From Rubripirellula sp. (GTDB taxonomy: Bacteria; Planctomycetota; Planctomycetia; Pirellulales; Pirellulaceae): a stretch of 64,000 bases of DNA. Shown one piece after another: positions 28,705 through 39,370 of this stretch (position 1 is the first letter of the stretch; each line of letters opens with the position of its first letter). The notes under the pieces are model-generated. The model did no database searches, was not told the DNA's origin, and saw nothing but the letters and a program-made list of their open reading frames with translations. The DNA lies in NCBI GenBank assembly GCA_965216875.1, contig OZ244207.1:1600001-1664000 (forward strand), read 5' to 3'. Made by a program: the position numbers and the translations under genes.

Positions 28705-31539
28705 ATGCAAGGCATGAGTGATGAAACGGGCACATTGGACGAGTCAAGCCTCGGCGACGCGAACAGTGCAAACGGTTCGGAGACGGGGCAGGGTGCGAAC
28801 GAGCAGCAGAGCGACGCGAAAGTGTCGGCTGGCTTCAAAGACCTGATTCGCCTGCTGTTTTACACAAGGTATAGCCTCGTCTTCGGTGGCTTGCTTTTGG
28901 TGCTTGCCGCCCTTCCTCACTTGACCGATTTTCCCGCAGTTAGGTCGGTCTACATTCTCGACACATGGCAACGGATTCTGACCACCACGGCGATTTCGGT
29001 ATTGGCCGCGGCGATGACCGTTCAGACGTTTCGCGTGACGATTTGCAATGCCAAAGGACGCTTTGAGGACCTTGGCGTCTATCGCTTTTGGGACAAGCCG
29101 CCGGAATGGCTGTGGAAGCTTCGCTCGGTGAGCGTTTGGCTCATCGGTTTGCCCCTTCCAATCACCTGTGTGTTGATCACGTTGACGGCCTACGAGCATC
29201 GCTGGAGCGACGCTGACCAGATGACACTGCTGAGCTGTTGGTTGCCAGTGCTCGGCGGGATGATTGTCGCGACAACGATCCTTTGTTTTTTGGACATCGT
29301 GAACCGCTGGGTGCTGACACCCAACCTGCATGACCCGCGGTTGTTTGTGCTCGACCATCGCTTTCTGCTTGGTCGCCGAGATAACCCAAGGCGTTGGAAA
29401 CGCAATCGGCATAACGAGAAGGCCAAGGCCTGTCCGCTCACTGCGTCGCGAAAGACTAGGTGGAAGTACTCGATCGCCGTGATGAAGTTCCTGCGATTGA
29501 CGCACGGGTACCTTCACACGATCGAAGTATGGGTTGCGCCCGAGGATGATGCCGACGAGCCGCATCTTGAAAAGTGGGAAACGCTGCTGCCGGGGCACGT
29601 GATGATGTCCGTGATGGCCGCGTTCCTGGTCATCGTGTACGGGATCTCGTACGGTGTCGTGATGATGTACGACATGATCCCGGACGAAGGGGGAATGTAC
29701 GGGACTCTCTTCTATCTGGTTGGACTCGTCATGATCGTCTGCGGGTCGCTTCCCGCGTTGGCTTTCTACTTTGACCGCTATCGAGTTTCGCCCGTCATCG
29801 TCGTACTCGTCTTCTTATTCACTGTGACAACCGTTTTTCCGAAGACGGCCGAGCATCGGTTTGAAACCAACGCTTCGCCCAAGCACTTCGCCGCGGTCTC
29901 CGATGAACAGACTCAGTGGCAAGATGACGGCACGTACCTTGACCGTCCGATCAGCGTTCGCGAATTGGTCGAGGGTTGGGAAAAGCGGCAAGTCGCGATT
30001 GCGAATCGTCATGGGATTCCCCAGAACCGAGTTTTTGTTGTTGTCACCGCAACGGGCGGCGGGATTCAAGCATCGGCCTGGACCAGCATGGTGTTGACGG
30101 GGATTCATCGCGATCGAATCATCGCCAAGCGACCGGAAAACATGCCCAACTCGATCACGGCCGACGCGATTGCTGCGCAACAACTGACCGGCGCGATTGG
30201 AATGATCAGCTGTGTCTCGGGTGGAAGTGTTGGCACGTTGCAGTACGTCGCCAAGTATCCCGAAGTTTTGCAGAGCGAGTTGCCTGATGAACAGGTTGCT
30301 GCATTGGACCATATCCACGCGTTGGCCGGTCGATCGAGTTTGGAGGCTGCGGCTTGGGGACTTTTCTTTCCTGATGCCATGCGTTTGATTGGCATCAACC
30401 GCAGTCGCACGGACGATCGTGGGCTCGTCCAGGAAGGGCTTTGGGCGTCGCGAATGCAGGCACCAATGACGCCCCAGGAGATTGGCCGCCACAAGTACTT
30501 CCCCGCTGACACGGCGTCACTTCGCGCGTTGTTTGACCCGGAGGCCGAGACGAAAAACCGCGCGGCGATCGAGGCACACGCCGCATCAATTACCGGGCGA
30601 GACGATTGGCGGCTCGGCCATCTTGCGTTTCGAGTCAAGGAGGGGACGCTGCCGGCAGTGATTTTCAACAGCTATCTGGTCAACACGGGCCAGCGCGTGA
30701 TGATCGCGCCGTTCAGCTTTTCACCCAATGACGATCGATTCCGAAAACGTGATACGTTCGACGCCTTGGAGTATGCATCGTCGATGGGAATGGGACTACG
30801 TTTGGCCACGGCGGCGCGTTTGTCGGCGACCTTTCCCTATGTGTCGCCAACAGCCGTTTCCGACATGCCGCTCACCGATGTCGAAAGAAGCGGCGATGAG
30901 CTACCGCGAAGCGAAATCCTACTCCGCGAGGCACACTACGCTGATGGTGGTTACACCGACAACGAGGGTCTGTTGGGCGCGATCCAATTGATCGAAACCT
31001 TGCGTGCGGAATACGACGGCGATCCCAATCGCCCCTTCGACAAGATCGTGCTGCTTCGCGTGCTGCCTTTTCCGTTGGTCAAATCGGCATCGGACGTGAG
31101 CCTTGGGAAACAAACCAAACTTCGGCGCGATCCTACCTGGAAGCAAAGCTTCCTTGGTCCAATGATCGCAATGTTCAACGGGCGATCAGTTGCACAGCAG
31201 GAACGCGGCGCGATGGACCTGGAGGAATTGCTGCACGTTGAAACCGGCGGCTACAACAATGCCATCCTCAAAGGGCAAAGCAGCAAGGCGATCGAATATC
31301 AGCAACTCAACGGATCGCATTTCATTGAGACGCCGATCCAGTTTGAATACATCAACATCGGATTCCGATACGAGGGAGATCCCGATCGGTCACCACCTTT
31401 GTCATGGAAACTCAGCGAAGCAGAGAAACACGATATCGACAAAGCTTGGCGTGCTTGGAGCGACGAGTTGGTCAACGACTTTTCGGTCGAATCAAATCTC
31501 GACTACCTCTATCGCGTATTGCGCATGGCAGCGAGATAG
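28705..31539 (+). CDS. Multi-TM patatin-like phospholipase domain protein
   Basis: N-terminal TM helices; ATGGGIQAS (oxyanion loop), SCVSGGSVG (nucleophile Ser), LSATFPYVSP, YADGGYTDN (catalytic Asp). Confidence 0.82.
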   Translation: MQGMSDETGTLDESSLGDANSANGSETGQGANEQQSDAKVSAGFKDLIRLLFYTRYSLVFGGLLLVLAALPHLTDFPAVRSVYILDTWQRILTTTAISVLAAAMTVQTFRVTICNAKGRFEDLGVYRFWDKPPEWLWKLRSVSVWLIGLPLPITCVLITLTAYEHRWSDADQMTLLSCWLPVLGGMIVATTILCFLDIVNRWVLTPNLHDPRLFVLDHRFLLGRRDNPRRWKRNRHNEKAKACPLTASRKTRWKYSIAVMKFLRLTHGYLHTIEVWVAPEDDADEPHLEKWETLLPGHVMMSVMAAFLVIVYGISYGVVMMYDMIPDEGGMYGTLFYLVGLVMIVCGSLPALAFYFDRYRVSPVIVVLVFLFTVTTVFPKTAEHRFETNASPKHFAAVSDEQTQWQDDGTYLDRPISVRELVEGWEKRQVAIANRHGIPQNRVFVVVTATGGGIQASAWTSMVLTGIHRDRIIAKRPENMPNSITADAIAAQQLTGAIGMISCVSGGSVGTLQYVAKYPEVLQSELPDEQVAALDHIHALAGRSSLEAAAWGLFFPDAMRLIGINRSRTDDRGLVQEGLWASRMQAPMTPQEIGRHKYFPADTASLRALFDPEAETKNRAAIEAHAASITGRDDWRLGHLAFRVKEGTLPAVIFNSYLVNTGQRVMIAPFSFSPNDDRFRKRDTFDALEYASSMGMGLRLATAARLSATFPYVSPTAVSDMPLTDVERSGDELPRSEILLREAHYADGGYTDNEGLLGAIQLIETLRAEYDGDPNRPFDKIVLLRVLPFPLVKSASDVSLGKQTKLRRDPTWKQSFLGPMIAMFNGRSVAQQERGAMDLEELLHVETGGYNNAILKGQSSKAIEYQQLNGSHFIETPIQFEYINIGFRYEGDPDRSPPLSWKLSEAEKHDIDKAWRAWSDELVNDFSVESNLDYLYRVLRMAAR

Positions 31540-31783
31540 TAGGGTGCGTGCTTGCACGCACCACAGAGGCGATTGATGCTGGATATCGGGGTTGGTGCGT
31601 GCAAGCACACACCCTACGTAGTCGAAGCAGGCATTGAATTACCGCGGCGTGTTGTGTCCATTCTGCCCCGTCGTGCGACAGAGCGGCGGAAGCGATAACG
31701 AGCAGCTGTAGGGTGCGTGCTTGCACGCACCACTTAAGCTACCGCTGGATTCCGAGGTTGGTGCGTGCGAGCACACACCCTGC
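31539..31783. repeat. Two inverted pairs of REP-like family A between convergent genes
   Basis: GTAGGGTGCGTGCTTGCACGCACC at 31539 and 31708; reverse copies GGTGCGTGC(A/G)AGCACACACCCT(A/G)C end at 31617 and 31783. Confidence 0.9.
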
Positions 31784-31793
31784 GTCACGGACT

Positions 31794-33527
31794 TTAGCGC
31801 GAATCGCCCAGGCCTGGATCGACGTTCGGTTCGAACGGAAGTTCGTCGAGATGTTCGACGTACTCGAGCGGGTCGAATGGCAGGTCCTTTAGGTTCATCG
31901 CTGGGTTGGCCAATGCTTTGAGCTCAGGCGACGCATTCTCAATGCCTTGCCATGGAATGCCGTGGCGTTCAGGCAGGTCCGGGTACTTCTTCTTCCACAG
32001 TTCGTGGCGTAGACGCATTCGATTGAATGGGCTTTTGAGGTGAATCAGATTCACGAGCATCGGAGTCTTTTCGCGGGTGTCGGATGGCAGGAAATAGAAA
32101 CCCGCTGGGATGCCGCTTGCCTCTCCAACTGGATCGGGAGAGATCCAGTGGCGCTTGTAATTCCCTTTCACGGTTGCTCCGAGATTGGGTCCGGCGTAGA
32201 TGAAGACGTAGTCGCGACGACTATGGGTGTCGCCGTTGAAAAGCAACGAGGTTTGGTCGATGCCATCGATCACACAATCGCGCGGAATCGTTTTGGAGGC
32301 CTGGCCAAGTCGTGCAAAGGTGGTGAAGAGATCGACTTCATGAATGATGTCGCCGACAATTTGTCCGGGCTCGATTGTTCCTGGCCACCAAGCTTGGGAA
32401 GGGACACGAACGCCGCCTTCAAGAAAGTCACCTTTTCCGCCACGGAAGATTGTTTCGGTGAAACCGCATCCCGGAGGCGGGTTGTGGGCCATCGGTCCAT
32501 TGTCGGCATTGCAAACAAGCAACGTGTTCTCGGCGATGCCCAGTTCACGAAGCTTTGCCATCACCTTGCCAACAAACGGGTCGACGTTGCCTTGCAGGCC
32601 GTCCTGTAGAAGGCTGCGTCCCTGTGAGATCTTTTCGGGGCTTGGTAGGAACGAAGCCATGTTTGGCCAGTTGGCAACGAAGAAAGGTTTGCCTGCTTTC
32701 GCGTTTCGTTCGATGAAGTCAAGCGTCCGCCGCTGTGCCTCGGCGTCCATCTTCAGGTAGGTGTCGTGACTGTTGTCGCCCCATTGTCGCGCTGCGCCGC
32801 CCTTGGTTCCTTCCAATGCCAGGACCCAGCCCTTGGTGATAAAGGTGTCATCAAGTTTGTAGGGATCCTCGGGAAGCATGTCTTCATGCAAGCCGATGGT
32901 GGCGTTGGCGGCTTCGCCCTTCTTGGACCACAGCGAGAGGATTTGGTTGTAGCCGGTAAAAAAGGCTTCATCGAAGCCTTGGTTGTGGGCATAGCTTTCC
33001 TCGATATCGCCGAGGTGCCATTTGCCATGGAAGGCAGTCGCGTAGCCAGCTTCAGAAAGAACTTCGGCAATGGTGACTTCGGATTTTCGAAGTCCATGCG
33101 ATTCGCGAAGCATCCCGATGTTGTACATGCTGTTACGGACCGGATGACGGCCGGTCATGCAAGCGGCGCGGCTCGGCGTGCAGCCGACTTCGGTATAGAA
33201 GCGCGTGAAGAGGATGCCTTCACTCGCCATCGCATTGAGGTTGGGCGTTTCGAACCCGCGTACTTTTTGGATTGCTGGGATGCCGACATCGCCATAGGCC
33301 GTGTCGTCCCACATGATGTGGACGATGTTCGGGGGGGCGCCGTACTTTTCCCGCAATTCCGCCAGACGCTGGTCGAGGGCTTTGTCCTCGGCGTCCCAAC
33401 GCTGCCCATTTTGGGCCTCGAGGACGTAGTATTCGGCATCATGAACGATCGGGTCGGCGGCACCGACCGGAAAGGCTGCTGCAGTCACAGCAGCCAACAA
33501 CGCAAGTGTGATTAGTGGACGTGACAA
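31794..33527 (-). CDS. Sulfatase (formylglycine-dependent arylsulfatase family)
   Basis: PNIVHIMWDD, CTPSRAACMTGR (CxPxR), GKWHLG, DNG, RGGKG..EGGVRVP. Probable TTG start at 33527 after AGGGAG, followed by a signal peptide; the ORF is open to 33674. Confidence 0.92.
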   Translation of the reverse strand: MSRPLITLALLAAVTAAAFPVGAADPIVHDAEYYVLEAQNGQRWDAEDKALDQRLAELREKYGAPPNIVHIMWDDTAYGDVGIPAIQKVRGFETPNLNAMASEGILFTRFYTEVGCTPSRAACMTGRHPVRNSMYNIGMLRESHGLRKSEVTIAEVLSEAGYATAFHGKWHLGDIEESYAHNQGFDEAFFTGYNQILSLWSKKGEAANATIGLHEDMLPEDPYKLDDTFITKGWVLALEGTKGGAARQWGDNSHDTYLKMDAEAQRRTLDFIERNAKAGKPFFVANWPNMASFLPSPEKISQGRSLLQDGLQGNVDPFVGKVMAKLRELGIAENTLLVCNADNGPMAHNPPPGCGFTETIFRGGKGDFLEGGVRVPSQAWWPGTIEPGQIVGDIIHEVDLFTTFARLGQASKTIPRDCVIDGIDQTSLLFNGDTHSRRDYVFIYAGPNLGATVKGNYKRHWISPDPVGEASGIPAGFYFLPSDTREKTPMLVNLIHLKSPFNRMRLRHELWKKKYPDLPERHGIPWQGIENASPELKALANPAMNLKDLPFDPLEYVEHLDELPFEPNVDPGLGDSR

Positions 33528-33866
33528 GATGATTCTCCCTCGTGCGTTTGTTTGCGAGTCGCGAGTGATTGAGCATCCAGCGTGGGCATTGTTCCGCCAA
33601 CGCTGTCTCGGTTCGACCGCGTGCCCCCAGGATAGGCCGTCGGCAAGCGATTGCCACCGCAGACTAGTCGACATTGTTACAGCTTCTTGAAAACGAAGCC
33701 GTAGGCAGAATTGCGGAAAACTGACCGTCGATCGAACATCGGTGGGAACTCAACCGCGGGAAAAGTATACTCATTCCACGCTCAGACGTTCGAAACGCAC
33801 CAGCGGGGTGCCGTCCAAGCTGAGCGGGTATTCGACATCTCATGATTTTTGTTATTTGGGTTCAGG

Positions 33867-36800
33867 ATGAAGCGGAATCGGAGTCGCGGTCGACGGCGAG
33901 GACTAGCAGTTGAATCGCTCGAACGACGTGAGTTGCTTGCGGCACGCATCAGTGAAGTAATGGTTGATCCGCTGTTCGGTGACAATGACAGGGAGCAATA
34001 CATCGAGCTGCGCGGTGAACCTCATCAGACGCTCAATGACGGAACGTATTTGGTTGTCGTCAGTGAACGGTCGCCTTCCCCCGGAAAGATTCATGGGATT
34101 TTCGATCTTAGCGGACAGGCCTTTGGTAGTAATGGCTACCTCGTCTTGCTGCAGATGGATCATCCCTACGACATCGCCGAGGGAGCCAACGCGCTGGTTT
34201 CTGAGGAGGTTGGCTTCGGCGGACTGCCGGGAGACATTTATTCCGATAGCCATTCGTTGTCAGAACGAATTGACTTCATCATCGGTGCCAATACCTACAT
34301 GCTGATTCAATCAGATGTTGCGCCGATTTTGGAGCAGAATATTGACGGCGACGAGGACGGCCAAATCGATGCCAATGTTTTGGCAGATTGGACCATCCAT
34401 GATTCCATTTCTTTGCATCCGTTTGTCGGTCGTGGCCCTCACGCCTATGGTCAGATCGTGTTTGCGGAAATCGGCACTGGGCCGGGCGACATTGCCGTCG
34501 GCGAAGGGGTCGAGTTGATTCACACCGAAGGCTTTGGCTACGCCGGTCGAGTCGGTGAATCATTTGGAAGCAGCAGTGAAGAATGGATTGCCAGTACCGC
34601 GCAGAACGAGAATCTGCACACCGAACTGCCACCGAAATGGGCGCTGGCGGACAATCTGTTTGGCGAACCAAGCCAATATCCTTATGCCGGTCGAGACCTG
34701 GACCATGTCGGCGAAGCCAATTTTGTTGGTGGCGTCCGAGGCACGGTTACGGATCAATCAGGTGCCGTCGTTGAAAACGCGAAAGTGTTTGCCGATGTTG
34801 ACGGCAACGGCATCCACAATTCGATCACGCATTATGTTGATGCCGATGGATTAATCGATCCACTCGATCCATTGCGTGACGAGAAAGAATACCCGCTGAT
34901 CAATGCCTTCCCTGGAGTGACGGTTACGAACTTTGCGCTTGATTCGTTTCCAGCGCATGCGGTGACGGGTGAAAAGGAAAGTGACTTCCCCAATACCCTT
35001 GAGAACCGCATTTTTGCCAAGGGAGGCATTGATTGGTTCAGCAACGGGGGCGTCTTGCGTTTTGATTTCTATCGCCCGGTCAGCGCCGTTTCGATTGTTG
35101 CTATTGGTAACGACAACCCACTTTCGAAAGTCTACGGAAAGCTGGAAGCCTACGACGCAGAAGGTGAACTCATTGACGAAGACCTGAGCGGTCTGCTCGT
35201 TGACAGCGACCGTCAAAGAATCTCAGTCGCCAGCGGTCAAGACAACATTGCCTACGTCTTCGCGTATGCGGATGAGAATCATGAAGACGGCGGGCCGTTT
35301 GGACGCTTCGACGACATGGCGTTCACGCAACTCGAACCATCGGCGTTTACCGACGAGGAGGGATACTATGAGATTCGCCATCTTTTCCCTGAAACCTACG
35401 AAGTCCAGGTGGAATCAGGGTTCTTGGTAAGTCCTGTGCGAACCGCTGAAGTGACGCGGTACGAGAATTATGAATTCGACTTCGGCCTCGCACCTAACAA
35501 GTCGCCGATTGCCTCGCCGGCCAACTACACCGTCAGTGAAAACCCATCGGGGCGCGTTGTGGTTGGGAGCGTGATTGCGTCGGATCCCGACGGGCACGAG
35601 CTCTCTTATTCGATCAGTGGCGCCGAAAGTGGGCTCTTCCGAATCGACTCGGAAACCGGTTGGATGACCACCGAGTCGGACGCTGATCTCAATTTTGAGG
35701 AAAAGTCATCCTATTCATTTACGGCAACGGTGACGGACGAACTGGGTGCGTTTGTCAACGTGGATGTCAACATCACCGTTGGGGATCTGAACGAAGTACC
35801 ACAGGCCTTCAGTGACACCTTTAGCATTCTCGAGACGGCTGAGGTCGCTTCGGAGGTTGGTACTGTCGACGCAATGGACCCCGACAATAACCAGCAACTC
35901 ACCTACACGATTGTTGGCGGAAGCGGGCAGGGTAACTTCCATCTGAACTCATCGACCGGTGAGATCACCGTGCTGCGTCCCCTTTCGGTGATCGACGACG
36001 TGACGCAAACGTTGCTTGTCCGTGTTCGCGACAACGGGACGCCTTCGTTGACGACAACGACCAACATCAACATCATCGTGGGCGATGTGAACCAGCCGCC
36101 GCTGATGCCCTCACGGACCTTCAACGTGCCTGAGTCGCAGACGGGCTTTTCGTTTGTTGGTGCCATTGCGGCAAGTGATCCGGACGTGGGTCAGACGATA
36201 ACGTACGCGCAAGAGAACGCTCAAACGAGCCTCTTTGAAGTTGACGCATCCAACGGCAACGTCTTTTTGAAAGCCGGCGTGGACCTCGATTTCGAGTCAA
36301 CCAAACAGTACACGATTCGCGTCACGGCGACCGACAATGGTGATCCGGCACGGTCGACCACGACGGAACACACCATTAACGTCTCTGACATCAACGAGGC
36401 ACCTGAGCTTGGCGAAGCAACGTTGACATTGTCTGAGGACGCCCAACAGGGTGATGAAGTTGGCATCGTCCCCGCGGGCGACCCCGATACGGAAGCTGAT
36501 CAATCGTTGTCGTTCGAGATCGTCGGTGGCTCGGGTTCGGGCATCTTCGAGATTGAGGAAACAACGGGACTCGTCAAGGTTGCGGATTCCAGTCAGCTCG
36601 ATTTTGAGACCACCGAGAGCTACACAATCGACGTCACCGTGACCGACGACGGTGTTCCTTCTCGCTCAGACAGCAACCGGTTCACCATTTCGATTGAAAA
36701 TGTCAACGAACCGCCCAATCTGGTCACTCAGGAAATCAGCGTCCCTGAAGATAGTTCCGGCGAGATTGCTCAGCTTGTGGTGAGCGATCCCGAGCCAGGT

Positions 36801-37616
36801 CAGACGCATACCTATGAGCTCATTGGTGGAACTGCCGACGACATTGTCAGCGTGTCGCCGTCCGGTATTGTGACTTTGTTGCAGCCGCTCGATTTCGAAA
36901 CGACGTCGTCCTACGCGATGGAGATTCGGGTCACCGACAACGGGGACCCGTCCGCTTCGACAACCACCACGATTCCTCTGAATGTGGCCGATGTTGACGA
37001 AGCACCGGAGTTTGTATCGGAGTGGACACCGCCCAACGCGATGACGGGCGAGATGTTCGAATTTGGACTCGGGGAGGAGCCGGTTGATGATCAAGACGGC
37101 GACGACTGGGTGATCGAAGCGTCGATCGCGGGTGAGAATCTTCCCGATTGGTTGACGTTCGACGAGGCGAGCTGGACATTCACGGGGATACCATCGTCGT
37201 TCTTTGCAGGCACCTTCACGGTCACGCTCACCGCGTTCGATCCAGACACGCCCGACAATTCGACGTCGATCACGCTCAGCTGGATCGTTGATGTCAGCGA
37301 GAATCCGCTGCACAACTCTGTCAATCCACACGACGTCAATAACGACAACCGGATCAGCGCAGGCGATGCACTGCGGATCATCAACGCCCTGAACTTCGAG
37401 GAACTTGCAGGTGAGATCGATCAAACGATCCGCAATCTGCAATTCTACGACGTCACCGGCGACAACAAGGTTACCGCGCGCGATGCGCTCGTCGTGATCA
37501 ACCGGATGGCCCAGCTTCCACCGGTCGGCGAGCAAGTGTTGCTCGACACGCCTGTCGATGAAGAACGCAACGATGCAGCGTTGATTGATCTATTAGCAGA
37601 GTCGACGCTGTTTTAG
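33867..37616 (+). CDS. Surface protein with planctomycete export motif, about five cadherin repeats, an Ig-like domain and a C-terminal dockerin
   Basis: RRGLAVESLERRELLA; repeated ASDPD..LDFE..VTATDNG..DVNE-P; HDVNNDNRISAGDAL / YDVTGDNKVTARDAL. Confidence 0.92.
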   Translation: MKRNRSRGRRRGLAVESLERRELLAARISEVMVDPLFGDNDREQYIELRGEPHQTLNDGTYLVVVSERSPSPGKIHGIFDLSGQAFGSNGYLVLLQMDHPYDIAEGANALVSEEVGFGGLPGDIYSDSHSLSERIDFIIGANTYMLIQSDVAPILEQNIDGDEDGQIDANVLADWTIHDSISLHPFVGRGPHAYGQIVFAEIGTGPGDIAVGEGVELIHTEGFGYAGRVGESFGSSSEEWIASTAQNENLHTELPPKWALADNLFGEPSQYPYAGRDLDHVGEANFVGGVRGTVTDQSGAVVENAKVFADVDGNGIHNSITHYVDADGLIDPLDPLRDEKEYPLINAFPGVTVTNFALDSFPAHAVTGEKESDFPNTLENRIFAKGGIDWFSNGGVLRFDFYRPVSAVSIVAIGNDNPLSKVYGKLEAYDAEGELIDEDLSGLLVDSDRQRISVASGQDNIAYVFAYADENHEDGGPFGRFDDMAFTQLEPSAFTDEEGYYEIRHLFPETYEVQVESGFLVSPVRTAEVTRYENYEFDFGLAPNKSPIASPANYTVSENPSGRVVVGSVIASDPDGHELSYSISGAESGLFRIDSETGWMTTESDADLNFEEKSSYSFTATVTDELGAFVNVDVNITVGDLNEVPQAFSDTFSILETAEVASEVGTVDAMDPDNNQQLTYTIVGGSGQGNFHLNSSTGEITVLRPLSVIDDVTQTLLVRVRDNGTPSLTTTTNINIIVGDVNQPPLMPSRTFNVPESQTGFSFVGAIAASDPDVGQTITYAQENAQTSLFEVDASNGNVFLKAGVDLDFESTKQYTIRVTATDNGDPARSTTTEHTINVSDINEAPELGEATLTLSEDAQQGDEVGIVPAGDPDTEADQSLSFEIVGGSGSGIFEIEETTGLVKVADSSQLDFETTESYTIDVTVTDDGVPSRSDSNRFTISIENVNEPPNLVTQEISVPEDSSGEIAQLVVSDPEPGQTHTYELIGGTADDIVSVSPSGIVTLLQPLDFETTSSYAMEIRVTDNGDPSASTTTTIPLNVADVDEAPEFVSEWTPPNAMTGEMFEFGLGEEPVDDQDGDDWVIEASIAGENLPDWLTFDEASWTFTGIPSSFFAGTFTVTLTAFDPDTPDNSTSITLSWIVDVSENPLHNSVNPHDVNNDNRISAGDALRIINALNFEELAGEIDQTIRNLQFYDVTGDNKVTARDALVVINRMAQLPPVGEQVLLDTPVDEERNDAALIDLLAESTLF

Positions 37617-37635
37617 GGGCAAACCACACACGGCG

Positions 37636-38520
37636 CTAATCCTGTGGGAACACGCGATAGGGCCACCAGGCACCACGTTTGAAACGCAGGATGGCGACCA
37701 GCCGTCCTGACGCATTGATTGCCCCCGCTTCTTCTCCGGTGATCCCTGCCTCTTCTCCGGAAATGTTGGGGCATTCGATCGGGCGCCCGTTTCCTAGCAG
37801 CTCTTCTTGCTGCGCATCGACGCTCACCTGGGGAAGATCTGCCACCGCGAACTGCGCTGGCAAGATTTTGTCTGAGAACTGGTTCGCCTTGAGTTGCTCA
37901 AACTCAACCGCGTCCTCGATCTTGAACGGGCCGATCGCGGTCCGTTTCAAATAGGACATCACGGACTTGGTGCCGACGGCTTCGGCGAGGTCCATGCCGA
38001 GAGTCCGGACATAGGTGCCTGAACCACAAACGATATCGAGATCGACTTCGGGATATTCGTATCGCGTGACGCTCATCGAGTGCACGACCACTGTCCGTTT
38101 AGGCATTTCGACCTGCTGGCCGGCCCGTACGCGTTTGTAGGCGCGGCGTCCGTCGACTTTCACTGCCGAATGTGCAGGGGGAGTCTGTTCGATTTCACCA
38201 ACAAATCTGGTAGCCGCGTTTTGAAGTTGCTCGAGCGTCGGTTCAGGGTCGTCTTCGTGGAAGACGACTTCGTCCTCAAGGTCACCTGAAACCGTTGATT
38301 GCGCTAACCGGAATGTCGCTTGGTAGTGCTTGGCTTGATTTTGGACATAGGGCACGAGTCGTACGGCGCGACCAACACCGACAACAAGAACACCTTCGGC
38401 CAACGGGTCGAGCGTTCCCGCGTGACCTGCTTTTGCCGGTCGCACGCGGTTTTGAACGACGTTCACGATGTCACGCGAGGTGACTCCGGACGGTTTGTTA
38501 CAGCAGAGGAATCCAAACAT
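37636..38520 (-). CDS. truB: tRNA pseudouridine(55) synthase
   Basis: NKPSGVTS, AGHAGTLDPLAEGVL, QTPPAHSAVKVDGRRAY, CGSGTYVRTL. Confidence 0.96.
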   Translation of the reverse strand: MFGFLCCNKPSGVTSRDIVNVVQNRVRPAKAGHAGTLDPLAEGVLVVGVGRAVRLVPYVQNQAKHYQATFRLAQSTVSGDLEDEVVFHEDDPEPTLEQLQNAATRFVGEIEQTPPAHSAVKVDGRRAYKRVRAGQQVEMPKRTVVVHSMSVTRYEYPEVDLDIVCGSGTYVRTLGMDLAEAVGTKSVMSYLKRTAIGPFKIEDAVEFEQLKANQFSDKILPAQFAVADLPQVSVDAQQEELLGNGRPIECPNISGEEAGITGEEAGAINASGRLVAILRFKRGAWWPYRVFPQD

Positions 38521-38770
38521 GCTTTGCAAACGGGCGACGCAAATCGGATGCGCGCTGGGTCAGGGAATCGAAATGGAAACGACGCAACTTGCCACCGTCG
38601 ATGGTTTTGAGCAAGTCCCCAGGGTTGGGTTCCCCAGGATGAGGCAACCAACGAGTGGCGAGCATAGCGGTCGCTTCAGGCGTGCGGTTTCGCAAGAGCC
38701 GGAATCGGGGTAGCTTAGCGATCGACGATGAAAGACTCCACGAACGACTCACAGGAACGCAGGTTTTTCG

Positions 38771-39319
38771 ATGAACTCGGCGGAATCTGAAGACGAAAAG
38801 GTGCTGTTGCAAGGAGCACGTTTCAATGTGCACCAAATCAATCTCACTGGTTCAGACGGCAAATCCTATCCACGTGAGGTTGTGCGGCACCCTGGCGCCG
38901 TTGTCCTGCTGCCGCTGATAGATACCGATACGGTGGTTTTGATTAAGAACACGCGCAAAACCGTTGACGAGACGCTGCTTGAATTGCCGGCCGGTACGCG
39001 TGAAGAGGGCGAGCCTGCTGAGGCGACCGCGGCTCGTGAGCTGATCGAGGAAACGGGTTACAAAGCGGGGCATCTCAAGAAACTTCACGAGTTCTATTCT
39101 GCGCCGGGCATCTGCGACGAACTGATGCATTTTTATGTTGCGACCCACTTGGAACTTGGCGATCACGCGCGTGAAGCGACCGAGCAGATCGTCAACCACG
39201 TTGCGACCCGAGATGAAGTGGTCGAAATGATCGCCAACGGAGAAATTCGTGACGCGAAGACGCTGGTTGGCCTCTACGCATTCTTGTATTCTCCAGCAAT
39301 CACGACTCCGGCACGGTAG
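38771..39319 (+). CDS. NUDIX hydrolase (ADP-ribose pyrophosphatase-like)
   Basis: REVVRHPGAV, ELPAGTREEGE..AARELIEETGY Nudix box, IRDAKT. Confidence 0.93.
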   Translation: MNSAESEDEKVLLQGARFNVHQINLTGSDGKSYPREVVRHPGAVVLLPLIDTDTVVLIKNTRKTVDETLLELPAGTREEGEPAEATAARELIEETGYKAGHLKKLHEFYSAPGICDELMHFYVATHLELGDHAREATEQIVNHVATRDEVVEMIANGEIRDAKTLVGLYAFLYSPAITTPAR

Positions 39320-39370
39320 CAGCAGCCGGGCTTTTGGAGGTTAGCGGACCCAAGAAAAGCAAGACGACCG

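Noticed and set aside
27395..31539. Antiphage system (CBASS-like patatin effector)
   Set aside because: No cyclase, sensor or other defence genes adjacent; the architecture is a polytopic membrane enzyme.
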